A stretch of 64,000 nt of DNA from the NCBI GenBank assembly GCA_963823335.1, contig CAWGLD010000004.1, positions 288,001 through 352,000 of the forward strand, in the 5' to 3' direction. The notes under the pieces were generated by a model. The model was not told where the DNA came from. It saw only the letters and a list, made by a program, of their open reading frames with translations, and ran no database searches. Shown here piece after piece: positions 49,554-58,459 of the stretch. The DNA is from an uncultured delta proteobacterium. GTDB lineage: Bacteria; Desulfobacterota; Desulfobacteria; Desulfobacterales; B30-G6. Made by a program: the position numbers and the translations under genes. The first letter of the stretch is position 1. Every line of letters begins with the position of its first letter.

Positions 49554-49902
49554 GACAGATCTCCTAAACCCAGCATTGCATGATGTCACACACGTTGTCT
49601 GCGTTCTTCAACATGTCATAAATTCAATTGATTTCAATACGGGAAACATATGCATTCACTACGGTATCAAGTTGCGTAGCAATGAGATACCGTAGAAGCA
49701 GCCTGATGGGGATTGAAGAACCTTGCAGCCAACCACGGGGAAAGTTCTGCCGTACAGCAGGGGCATGTTGACCTTTTCAGTCGTGCGCTTATCCTGTAAA
49801 AATAACTTGTTATTGCTAATATTTACTTGTTGTGCTATAAACATGCCTGCCTTGATTAAGTCTGAGAGATTTTATCGAATTAGAATTAAAAGAGATGTGT
49901 TG

Positions 49903-50175
49903 ATGAATACAACGCGCAAAATATTCTTTTTAGTGGTAGCAGTTATTTTAGTCAGCAATACCGTAATTTCTGACCGGCTATATTTTAAATTTAATCCAAA
50001 TGATAGTGGCACAAACCTTTTATACAGCCCTTCTATCGATCCAACTTCTGCGGATTCCATTAAAATTAATTTAAAACCGATTATTCTCCTCCTCTGCATT
50101 GGACTTGTTGGGATTGTCGTGTTTGCTAGACAGCAAATAGGGAATAAAAAAGATGATAAGGACATCGAAGCCTGA
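49903..50175 (+). CDS. Small membrane/exported hypothetical protein
   Basis: 90 aa; N-terminal signal-like segment and C-terminal TM PIILLLCIGLVGIVVFARQQ. Confidence 0.6.
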   Translation: MNTTRKIFFLVVAVILVSNTVISDRLYFKFNPNDSGTNLLYSPSIDPTSADSIKINLKPIILLLCIGLVGIVVFARQQIGNKKDDKDIEA

Positions 50176-50311
50176 CAATAATGGAAGACGCTCCGGTTCA
50201 GATCGGCGCCAGTTTTCGTATGCCTTCCATCTTCCTGAACGAAGATCAATCGAAGATCGAAGAAAGGTTGTGGATAGGCGCATTTCTCAGAATCAGCAGC
50301 ATACTCAATGA
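50153..50311 (+). CDS. 52-aa Arg-rich protein with repeated [DE]RR motifs (not in ORF track)
   Basis: MIRTSKPDNNGRRSGSDRRQFSYAFHLPERRSIEDRRKVVDRRISQNQQHTQ. Confidence 0.7.
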   Translation: MIRTSKPDNNGRRSGSDRRQFSYAFHLPERRSIEDRRKVVDRRISQNQQHTQ

Positions 50312-50418
50312 AAATAAAGAGATCTTGAACGGTTTCCGGATATAGCTGGTTACGCTCTCACTTTTGCGGTTCGAGCTTCCGCGACATCTCCTGTCATGAC
50401 GACAAACAGCGGAACCGA

Positions 50419-51198
50419 TTATCCGGGTATATCTCCCACCCCGGAAAGAATGTATCGCGGATGATAGGCGAACTGCTCGAGATCTTCTTCGCTGGTGACC
50501 CCGCTGAGCACAAGCACGGTATCGATATCCGAATGGATACCGGCGATGATGTCTGTGTCCATCCGGTCACCGACTATGGCCGTGTCCTCTCTCTCGCAGC
50601 CCAGTAATTTCCTGCCGTGACGCATCATGATCGGATTGGGTTTCCCCACGAAGTAAGCTTTCCTACCGCTAGCCAGCTCGATTGGAGCAATCAGTGCGCC
50701 GGTAGCAGGGGCGAAGTCCTTGCCCAGCTTGTCGGTCAGGTCCGGATTGGCGCCAATAAGTTTGGCGCCGTTTCGAACGAGCCGTACAGCGCGTTCGATC
50801 TTTTCATAGTTGTAAGAACGACTCTCTCCCACCACCACGTAGTCCGGGTTGATTTCGTTCATGGAATAACCGATCTCGTACAGTGCGTTGATCAGCCCTG
50901 CCTCGCCGATTACATAGGCACTGCCGTTGGGACGCTGGGATGCCAAAAAGCTGGCTGTGGCCAGGGCGCTGGTGTAAAAATGGGTCGACTCCACCTGGAT
51001 ACCAAGGCGATCGAGTTTTTCTTTGAGTTCACGCGGGGACTTCTCGCTGCTGTTGGTCAGAAACAGATATTTCTTGTTTTCCTTTTTGAGCCAGTCCACA
51101 AATGCCTGTGCTCCCGGCAGCAAGTGGTCCCCGTGGTAAATGACCCCGTCCATGTCGCAGATGAACCCTTGTTTTTTCCTGAGAAGATCAAAATCCAT
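50419..51198 (-). CDS. HAD-IIA hydrolase (NagD-like)
   Basis: CDMDGVI, LTNSS, ANPD, GKP, VGDRMDTDI, VLSGVT. Confidence 0.93.
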   Translation of the reverse strand: MDFDLLRKKQGFICDMDGVIYHGDHLLPGAQAFVDWLKKENKKYLFLTNSSEKSPRELKEKLDRLGIQVESTHFYTSALATASFLASQRPNGSAYVIGEAGLINALYEIGYSMNEINPDYVVVGESRSYNYEKIERAVRLVRNGAKLIGANPDLTDKLGKDFAPATGALIAPIELASGRKAYFVGKPNPIMMRHGRKLLGCEREDTAIVGDRMDTDIIAGIHSDIDTVLVLSGVTSEEDLEQFAYHPRYILSGVGDIPG

Positions 51199-51335
51199 AG
51201 CTAATGCCCTTTCTGCTCCGCAGGCGGCAAGTCCGGATGCAACACCCGGATCGATCCCCTGGGAAACACGATGATGCAGACGCAATATGTGCGCCATCTA
51301 CAAGAGTTGACATTGGTAAATGAAATTTTAAACTT

Positions 51336-52322
51336 TTATATTTCGGTTTTGATCGATATTTCCAGCGATTCGCGATATCGCTCGATCAACTCCAGGGCTT
51401 GTTCTTCGGTGGAGATACGTTTGATGGATTCACGAAAATGTCTGGCGTGGGGCAAGCCTTTCACGAACCAGGCAAGTCTGCTGCGCATCATATAGCAGGC
51501 CTGTTCCTCACCAAAATAAACCACGGAAGCCCCCAGGTAGCGTTTCATCATGCAAAATCGCGCTGGGAGATCGGTTTCCAAAGACTCCCGGCCTTTCAGC
51601 AAGGCGTTAATCTGTTCGAATATCCATGGATTGCCGATCGCCGCCCGCCCCACCATTATGGCATCGCAACCGGTTTCCGTCACCATCCGGATCGCGTCCC
51701 GGGCTGTGACAATATCGCCGTTGCCTATGACCGGTATGGATACCATGCGCTTGATCTCAGATATGACCTGCCAGTCAGCCCGACCTTTAAAACCCTGTGA
51801 CGCCAGTCGGGGGTGAATGGCTATCGCATCCACCCCTTCCCTCTCCGCGATTGCCGCAATGATCCGCGCATCCTCCCCGTTGCTTTCCCAGCCAGTCCTG
51901 ATTTTGATTGTCAAGGGTATCTTGATTGCCGCGCGAACTGACCTGATAACGGCTTCCGCCAGGTCGGGTTGTTTCATCAGAGCTGCCCCGGAACCGCTTT
52001 TCAATACCTTTTTCACCGAACAGCCAAAGTTGATGTCGACAATATCGGCCCCGGATAATTCAACGATTTTTGCCGCCGCGGCCATAATGTCCGGATCCGA
52101 CCCGAAAATCTGCACCGAGAGAGGTTTTTCCTCAGCTTCACTCTCCAGAAGTTTCTCGGTTTTTGCGGATTGATGGACAAGCCCGTTGGAACTGATCATC
52201 TCCGAGCATACAAGACCGCACCCCGCTTCTTTTGCAATCAGACGCATGGGCAGGTTGGTAATACCGGCCAGGGGGGCCAGAACCGTGACATTGTCTAATT
52301 TGACGTTTCCAATTTGCAGCAT
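51336..52322 (-). CDS. dusB: tRNA-dihydrouridine synthase B
   Basis: LAPLAG, SEMIS, DINFGC, GSGAAL, KIRTGW, IPVIGNGDI, VGRAAIGNPW. Confidence 0.93.
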   Translation of the reverse strand: MLQIGNVKLDNVTVLAPLAGITNLPMRLIAKEAGCGLVCSEMISSNGLVHQSAKTEKLLESEAEEKPLSVQIFGSDPDIMAAAAKIVELSGADIVDINFGCSVKKVLKSGSGAALMKQPDLAEAVIRSVRAAIKIPLTIKIRTGWESNGEDARIIAAIAEREGVDAIAIHPRLASQGFKGRADWQVISEIKRMVSIPVIGNGDIVTARDAIRMVTETGCDAIMVGRAAIGNPWIFEQINALLKGRESLETDLPARFCMMKRYLGASVVYFGEEQACYMMRSRLAWFVKGLPHARHFRESIKRISTEEQALELIERYRESLEISIKTEI

Positions 52323-52444
52323 GTTGTTATCTCGAGTATAAAAATGGATCTTCTCCCGGTTAGTCGGGAGAAAGGGCTAAAGGGTTCAAGGATTCAAGGG
52401 TTTGTTTTTCAAGGATTTGATCATCGTTTTTAGTCAATCAAATC

Positions 52445-52552
52445 GAGAGATTGTCAAGCTTGCCGTAGCTGCAAGAAAGATGCCGTCCCGCTATAGTGGA
52501 CTATGCGGTATGGCATCTGACACAGCAGATGCGGTAAGATCGACAATCTCTC
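52445..52552. repeat. 108-bp long hairpin element
   Basis: gagagattgtc...gacaatctctc ends; inner agatgccgt/atggcatct and atag/ctat stems; fragment agatgcggtaagatcg also at 22025-22040. Confidence 0.75.
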
Positions 52553-52555
52553 AGC

Positions 52556-53413
52556 TCAGGCGGGGTTTGCATAGCAGTACAGACAACTATGATAACAGGG
52601 CTGCCGGCTGTAGGAACCGATATCCACGGATTTAAAACAACCGCAACCCGCTTTTACCCGCTGCCCGGAATCCTTTCCCAGGGAAAGACGCCCGCCAAAC
52701 AGTTTCATGATCAGGTCATTGGGTATACAGGCGCTTTTGCCTACCGGCGCATCATCAGCAAGCCCTTCCAGCACCTCCCTTTCACAGCAGGTTTGCAGCC
52801 AGATCCCCAGGGGCCCGAGTATACGGCTCATGTCTCCCAGGACACGAATTTTATTTTGCACGGGAACATCCACGAAATCAAGACCCGTCCGCCTGGTCAG
52901 TCGCTTCTTGATTTTTGGATACGTGTCCATAAAGCTCGTAATACATCGTTTGATACCCATGGACGCCGCTTTGTCGGCGATCATGGGAAAATCCTTCAGG
53001 TTATCTTCAATCTCATGGGTCTCTGTTCTATAGAAACAAACCGGATCAAATCGCCAGTTGATGGCCTGCGGCCCATAGTGATCGCAAAGATATTCCAGCT
53101 GCGTCAGGCGCTCCTCCAGGCGTGGCAGACCGGGCTCCAGCAGCGCAGACTCGGAATTGATGCTGAAGTTAAAAAACAGATGATAGCCATATGCCTGCAG
53201 TTGTCTGCCATACTCTCCGGAAATAAAGAGACCAAAATCTTTTGACCAGAAGACAATTGTATGCACATCCGCCGGGGAAGACGCTACAAAAAAGGTTTTA
53301 TGATGATAAGGGTTCTCCACTTCGAAAAACCCTTTACGGATGCCCTGCATAAACCAGTCCATGTAGAATGCAGGGATGTCCGTGCGGCGCGATGCGGATA
53401 TGACGGTTTTCAA
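52556..53413 (-). CDS. DUF1848 family protein (radical-SAM-like)
   Basis: ISASRRTDIPAFY, VFWSK, WRFDP, CCE, CGC..S.DIG.Y...C.H.C.YCYAN. Confidence 0.93.
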   Translation of the reverse strand: MKTVISASRRTDIPAFYMDWFMQGIRKGFFEVENPYHHKTFFVASSPADVHTIVFWSKDFGLFISGEYGRQLQAYGYHLFFNFSINSESALLEPGLPRLEERLTQLEYLCDHYGPQAINWRFDPVCFYRTETHEIEDNLKDFPMIADKAASMGIKRCITSFMDTYPKIKKRLTRRTGLDFVDVPVQNKIRVLGDMSRILGPLGIWLQTCCEREVLEGLADDAPVGKSACIPNDLIMKLFGGRLSLGKDSGQRVKAGCGCFKSVDIGSYSRQPCYHSCLYCYANPA

Positions 53414-53454
53414 TTTTTAAATCTTTTTCTGGTTTGTAAATTATTATATCCGGC

Positions 53455-53787
53455 CTAACGTTTGAAGTCTTTCAGGGATATCACGGAGCCTTTTGTTTCT
53501 GATTTGGGGTCCTTTTCAAGGAATGGATCTTTCCTGGAAATGTCTGCCGAAGGTTCCGGTGGTTCCACCAGTTCGAGTCGCATCTGTTTGCCGTCCATGG
53601 TAAATGTTTCACCATCAATATAGACGTCCCGTAAAATCCACGTAACCACCTGGGGTGGCACCTGAAGCAATAAAACTTTTACATGGTACCAGTCCGGTTT
53701 TGCATCAGGCAAAATACTTTCAATGCGTGCAAAGACCAGTGGATTTTCCTCAAAATAAACCAACACAATATCGTTTTCAGCTGCCAT
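53455..53787 (-). CDS. Hypothetical protein
   Basis: FARIE.I..D.K..W, WILR..YI.G..FTM; GGGAGG RBS; C-terminal VISLKDFKR. Confidence 0.8.
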   Translation of the reverse strand: MAAENDIVLVYFEENPLVFARIESILPDAKPDWYHVKVLLLQVPPQVVTWILRDVYIDGETFTMDGKQMRLELVEPPEPSADISRKDPFLEKDPKSETKGSVISLKDFKR

Positions 53788-53958
53788 GCGGATAAAATGC
53801 CTCCCTTTAAATCAACTTTTTTTGAGCTAGTCCGGTTAAAAAATAAGGTTCTTCTCCAATTTAGTTGGAGGAAAGGGCTCCAAAATTCGGGTCAAGAGAA
53901 ATACAGCTCGGGCTATATCTTATCGAAATCGCTATCGGGATCGGGATCGGGATCGAAT

Positions 53959-54073
53959 TGAAGAGTACCCTGCAGCAAGCTGCAGGGAATCTTCGCGGTA
54001 AGGATTTTATCTATTTGATTCGCTCGCTAACCCCGCAGCAAGCTACGGGGAATGCGCTCGCTATTGCCGTTCA
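53959..54073 (+). repeat. TGAA...TTCA REP/MITE-like copy inserted in the 3' end of the four-helix-bundle gene
   Basis: tgaagagtaccctgcagcaagctgcaggg...ccccgcagcaagctacggggaatgcgctcgctattgccgttca; supplies the gene's TAG stop. Confidence 0.85.
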
Positions 54074-54456
54074 GTATAGCCGTATTCCCCGAACCCTTCC
54101 TTTACGCTATAACCCCTGCCGCCCAATCGACTAAGCATTGCAGCAATGCGGTCCAATTCACCTTTGCGCTGCCGGCTTTCTACTTTATCCAAACCTTTTC
54201 CGACTACCAAGACATCTTGGATTGCGGCACACTCCAATGCCGACCCACGCGCTATTTCGAAATATCGCCGCCGATCAGCCTTCGCTGTCTTACCGTTGCC
54301 TTCTGCAATATTAAGCGCAATCGACTGGCTGGCTCGAAGCCACTGGTCTCTTGCTGAACGATGGACGCCTCTCAGCCTGGCACACTTTTCATAAACCCAT
54401 GCGACATAGCCGATTGAAAGGCGGTAAACGTCTAATTTTTCATGACCTAATACCAT
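54061..54456 (-). CDS. Four helix bundle protein (23S rRNA IVS protein / Avd-like family)
   Basis: HEKLDVY, RDQWLRASQSIALNIAEG, RYFEIARGSALEC. Confidence 0.93.
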   Translation of the reverse strand: MVLGHEKLDVYRLSIGYVAWVYEKCARLRGVHRSARDQWLRASQSIALNIAEGNGKTAKADRRRYFEIARGSALECAAIQDVLVVGKGLDKVESRQRKGELDRIAAMLSRLGGRGYSVKEGFGEYGYTERQ

Positions 54457-54671
54457 CTCGATCCCGATCCCGATAGCGATCCCGATTTCGACAAGGCTTC
54501 CACCAACAGCATTTCTACAACAAATCGGGAGAAAAGCCAAAAATAAAGATAACTATACATAGTAATACGCCTGTGATCAATTTCCATAGATATTTTTTTG
54601 GATTTAAAAAAAATGTATATTCTGTTAATTGTTATAAAATGGCTGCACAATCTTATGGGGAGGTGTTCATC

Positions 54672-57392
54672 ATGGCAAAAAAATGGGTTTATCTGTTTAA
54701 CGAAGTGCATCTGGCAGAAAAACATATGAATGATGACTGGGAAGGTGTCCGTGGACTGTTGGGCGGAAAGGGCGCCAACCTTGCCGAGATGGTGCGTATC
54801 GGGGTCCCCGTACCCCCGGGCTTCACGGTGACAACGGAAGCATGCAATGCCTATCTGAAATCAGAGCATGTTTTTTCAGATGAGATTTGGGACCAGGAAA
54901 TTCAAGCCCTGCGGGTCCTTGAAAAAGAAACCGGCAAGAAATTTGGAGCCACAGACAACCCCCTGCTGGTCTCCTGTCGTTCCGGTGCCAAATTTTCCAT
55001 GCCGGGCATGATGGATACCGTGCTGAACATCGGGCTCAACGACGAGACCGCCCAGGGCATCATCAAACTTACCGGTGACGAGCGGTTTGTCTACGATGCC
55101 TACCGTCGTTTGATCCAGATGTTCGGCAGCGTGGTCATGGGCCTGTCAGACGACCTGTTCGAGCACGTCATCACACGCTACCGCAGAAAGGCCAGGGTAG
55201 AAAATGACTCCCAGCTGACGGCAGAAGACTGGAAAGACATCACCCAGGAATTCAAAGCCATATTCCGACGCCACGCCAGTCATGAATTTCCCATTGACCC
55301 GTACGAGCAGCTCATTCTGGCCACGGAAGCTGTCTTTAAAAGCTGGAACGGAAAACGGGCCGTGGACTATCGAAAGGCATCGGGTATCCCCCACGACCTG
55401 GGTACGGCGGTCAGTATCGTCACCATGGTGTTCGGAAACATGGGAGATAACTGCGCCACGGGCGTGGCCATGACCCGTAACGGCTCAAGCGGTGAAAAAA
55501 TGATCGAGGGTGACTATCTGACCAATGCCCAGGGTGAGGACGTGGTAGCCGGCATCCGCCTAACAAAAGATATCTCCCAGCTGAAAGAAGAGATGCCTGA
55601 GGCCTACAAGGAATTTGAAGACATTGCCGGCCGTCTGGAAAATCACTATCGTGACATGCAGGATGTCGAGTTTACCATAGAAAACGGGAAACTCTGGATG
55701 TTGCAGACCCGTGACGGCAAGCGAACCGCCCAGTCCGCCGTGCGTATCGCCGTGGAAATGATGGAAGAAGGACTCATCAGCAAAAAAGAGGCCGTGTTGC
55801 GCGTTACACCGGCACAGGTCGATTTCTTTCTGCACCCCCAGTTCAGTATCGAAGCGGTTCACGTGGCCAAGGAGTTGGGGAAACACTTCGCCTCCGGTCT
55901 GAACGTGTCTCCCGGAGCCGCTCTCGGGGTGGTTGCATTCGATGCGGACCTGGCCGAAACATGGGCCAAGCAGGAAGGTAAGAAGGTCATTATGGTACGC
56001 CCGGAAACAAAGCCGGATGATGTGCACGGCATGCTGGCTGCAGAAGGCATCATTACCAGCCGCGGCGGCCGGACCAGCCATGCGGCCCTGGTGGCAAGAC
56101 AATTCGGGAAACCGGCTGTGGTGGGTGTTTCAGCCCTGATGATCGATTTGGCCAAACGCGAAATGCATGTGGGCCAAACGGTTATCAAGGAGGGCGAGTG
56201 GGTTTCCATTGACGGCACGGAAGGGGACATATTTGTCGGCAAGCTGGAAACCACAATACCGGACATAAAAGACCCCTGGCTGGAAAAACTTCTCAGCTGG
56301 GCAGATGAGTACCGCCGCCTGGGTGTGTGGGCCAATGCGGATTATCCGGCGGATGCGCGCAGAGCAAGGGATTATGGTGCGGAAGGTATCGGTCTCTGCA
56401 GATCCGAGCACATGTTCTTCGAATCAGAACGCCTACCGCATGTCCAGAAAATGATCATGACGGATCTGCCCATCGAAAGAAAGGAGGCCTTGGATGCCGT
56501 GCTCCCCTTTCAGCGGGACGATTTTGCCGGTCTTTTCCGTGCCATGGACGGCTTACCGGTTATCATCCGCCTTCTCGATCCACCCCTGCATGAATTTCTT
56601 CCCAATAACATCGATTTGATGCGCGAGCTTTCCGACCTCAAAATTCGTCTTCAACATGCAGGAACGTTGAGTGACATCGATGTGCTCCTGGACCAGGTAA
56701 AAGAAAAAGAGCGGATCCTCAAACGCGTGGAAGGTCTGCGGGAAGAGAATCCCATGCTCGGATTGAGGGGCGTGCGGCTGGGTATCCACATCCCCGAGCT
56801 GACCACCATGCAGGTTCGTGCCATTTTCGAGGCTGCCTGTCTCGTTACCCGGGAGGGGATCACGGTCTATCCGGAGGTCATGATACCCCTGACGAGCCAT
56901 GTCAACGAACTCGCCGTTCAACGCAAGGTTCTGGAGGCAGAGGCCCTGAAGGTGATGAAAGAAAAGGACCTTACCATCGATTACAAGTTCGGCACCATGA
57001 TCGAGATTCCCCGTGCAGCCCTGACAGCGGATAAGATCGCGCAATACGCACAGTTTTTTTCCTTCGGAACCAATGACCTGACCCAGACAACTTTCGGAAT
57101 CTCGCGTGACGATGCCGAAGCCAGTTTCATGATTGAATACATGGAAAACGGCATTCTACCGGACAACCCCTTTGCCACCATCGACAAGGACGGCGTCGGG
57201 GAACTCATGCGCATTGCCGTCGCTAAAGGGCGCTCTGTCAACCCGGATCTGGAGTGTGGCATCTGTGGTGAGCACGGCGGGGAACCGCAGTCGATTCAGC
57301 TTTGCCATGACCTGGGGTTGACCTATGTTTCCTGTTCGCCTTTCAGGGTGCCGATTGCACGTCTGGCAGCGGCCCATGCGGCTATTAAATAG
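54672..57392 (+). CDS. ppdK: Pyruvate, phosphate dikinase
   Basis: LGGKGANLAEM, SMPGMMDT, NAQGEDVVAG, GGRTSHAA, ENPMLG.RG, GTNDLTQ, CGEHGG. Confidence 0.98.
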   Translation: MAKKWVYLFNEVHLAEKHMNDDWEGVRGLLGGKGANLAEMVRIGVPVPPGFTVTTEACNAYLKSEHVFSDEIWDQEIQALRVLEKETGKKFGATDNPLLVSCRSGAKFSMPGMMDTVLNIGLNDETAQGIIKLTGDERFVYDAYRRLIQMFGSVVMGLSDDLFEHVITRYRRKARVENDSQLTAEDWKDITQEFKAIFRRHASHEFPIDPYEQLILATEAVFKSWNGKRAVDYRKASGIPHDLGTAVSIVTMVFGNMGDNCATGVAMTRNGSSGEKMIEGDYLTNAQGEDVVAGIRLTKDISQLKEEMPEAYKEFEDIAGRLENHYRDMQDVEFTIENGKLWMLQTRDGKRTAQSAVRIAVEMMEEGLISKKEAVLRVTPAQVDFFLHPQFSIEAVHVAKELGKHFASGLNVSPGAALGVVAFDADLAETWAKQEGKKVIMVRPETKPDDVHGMLAAEGIITSRGGRTSHAALVARQFGKPAVVGVSALMIDLAKREMHVGQTVIKEGEWVSIDGTEGDIFVGKLETTIPDIKDPWLEKLLSWADEYRRLGVWANADYPADARRARDYGAEGIGLCRSEHMFFESERLPHVQKMIMTDLPIERKEALDAVLPFQRDDFAGLFRAMDGLPVIIRLLDPPLHEFLPNNIDLMRELSDLKIRLQHAGTLSDIDVLLDQVKEKERILKRVEGLREENPMLGLRGVRLGIHIPELTTMQVRAIFEAACLVTREGITVYPEVMIPLTSHVNELAVQRKVLEAEALKVMKEKDLTIDYKFGTMIEIPRAALTADKIAQYAQFFSFGTNDLTQTTFGISRDDAEASFMIEYMENGILPDNPFATIDKDGVGELMRIAVAKGRSVNPDLECGICGEHGGEPQSIQLCHDLGLTYVSCSPFRVPIARLAAAHAAIK

Positions 57393-57531
57393 GGTTCAAG
57401 GGGTCGAGGGTGATACAAGGGTTCATGGGTAGCTAACAGCTATGAGCTGATGGCAGCTTCCCAGCATACAAGGGTCGCTGAAAGCCTTCAGCCACAAACA
57501 CCTAACAGCCTACAGTCTAAACGGCTAAAAG
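57391..57531 (+). repeat. Composite mosaic of tandem-repeat modules (homologue of 2691-2840)
   Basis: agggttca-aggggtcg-agggtgat; agctaac-agctatg-agctgat; cacctaacagcctacagtctaaacggctaaaag. Confidence 0.85.
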
Positions 57532-57536
57532 TATAA

Positions 57537-58451
57537 GTGAATATGCGCTTTCTTATCCTATTTTTCATCCTGCTTCAGGGGGTGGTTTCCTTTGCAGATA
57601 CGCCGGAATCGCCCCCTGGGTCGACCATGGAAGCGGAAACATCCCCATCCGTGACGATGGAATCCGACATGAAAGAGGATCTGTCACCGCACTACCCCAA
57701 TTTCGATTCAATGTTCACCCTGTATCAGCCTTATCTTGATCATGTCTCGGCTTATCAACCCATGTATTTCCTGGTGGGGGCCGATCCGGAAAAAAGTAAA
57801 TTCCAGTTCAGTTTCAAGTACCGGCTGGTGAAAACGGACTCACCTCTGGCCGAGCGATTCCGGCTTATGGAAGGGTTTCATTTAGCCTATACCCAGACAT
57901 CCTACTGGGATTTGAAATCATCTTCCTTGCCTTTTAAAGATACCGGCTATAAACCCGAACTGTTCCATATTTCACCGAATATCAATAGCGGACTGTCGCC
58001 TGGAAGCGGCCTGTTCCTCCAAACCGGCTTCAAGCATGAGTCAAATGGCCGGGGAAGAGACGATTCACGCAACACCAATTTTCTCTATGCAAACCCCATC
58101 TTTGTTTTTTACAATGAAAAAACAACCTTCGGTTTTATGATCTCCCCCAAGGCATGGGTCTATGTGGCCAACAACGAAGATACCAATGGTGATCTGCCGG
58201 ATTACCGGGGCTATTTTGACCTCGAGTTGAAATGCGGTCTGGCTGACAGCCTGGTGGTGGGCACAAACCTTGGCTGGGCCAAAGAAGGAGGATCGCTGCA
58301 GATCGATGCAACCTATCCACTGAATCTGATTTCAGCCGGAATTTCAGGTCTGTATCTGCATGTCCAGTACGTCAACACGCTGGCGGAAAGCCTGTTGCAC
58401 TATGACAAGCGTACGCAAGCCATTCGGATTGGGGTATCTATTGTTCGTTAA
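57537..58451 (+). CDS. Outer membrane phospholipase A (OMPLA/PldA family)
   Basis: Signal peptide; KFQFSFK, YTQTSYW, PFKDT.YKPE, HESNG, ESL..Y. Confidence 0.88.
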   Translation: MNMRFLILFFILLQGVVSFADTPESPPGSTMEAETSPSVTMESDMKEDLSPHYPNFDSMFTLYQPYLDHVSAYQPMYFLVGADPEKSKFQFSFKYRLVKTDSPLAERFRLMEGFHLAYTQTSYWDLKSSSLPFKDTGYKPELFHISPNINSGLSPGSGLFLQTGFKHESNGRGRDDSRNTNFLYANPIFVFYNEKTTFGFMISPKAWVYVANNEDTNGDLPDYRGYFDLELKCGLADSLVVGTNLGWAKEGGSLQIDATYPLNLISAGISGLYLHVQYVNTLAESLLHYDKRTQAIRIGVSIVR

Positions 58452-58459
58452 TAAAACAA

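Larger units (their letters stand above)
53923..54491. mobile_element. Candidate element: inverted hexamer tandem repeats enclosing a four-helix-bundle gene
   Basis: 34-bp tracts at 53923-53956 and 54458-54491 are reverse complements at 30/34 positions; mobility is inferred, not shown. Confidence 0.55.

Noticed and set aside
49903-50175. PEP-CTERM sorting signal
   Set aside because: TM segment and basic residues resemble it, but the VPEP motif is absent
52556-52558. Selenocysteine readthrough at the DUF1848 TGA
   Set aside because: Falls after the normal YCYANP end of the family and runs into a repeat hairpin
53865-54134. 89-aa ORF with EIAIGIGIGIE and similar short ORFs over repeat elements
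   Set aside because: Translations of the hexamer tract and REP copy, not independent genes
53923-54491. DGR or 23S rRNA intervening sequence
   Set aside because: No reverse transcriptase, no template/variable repeat pair and no rRNA gene in the window
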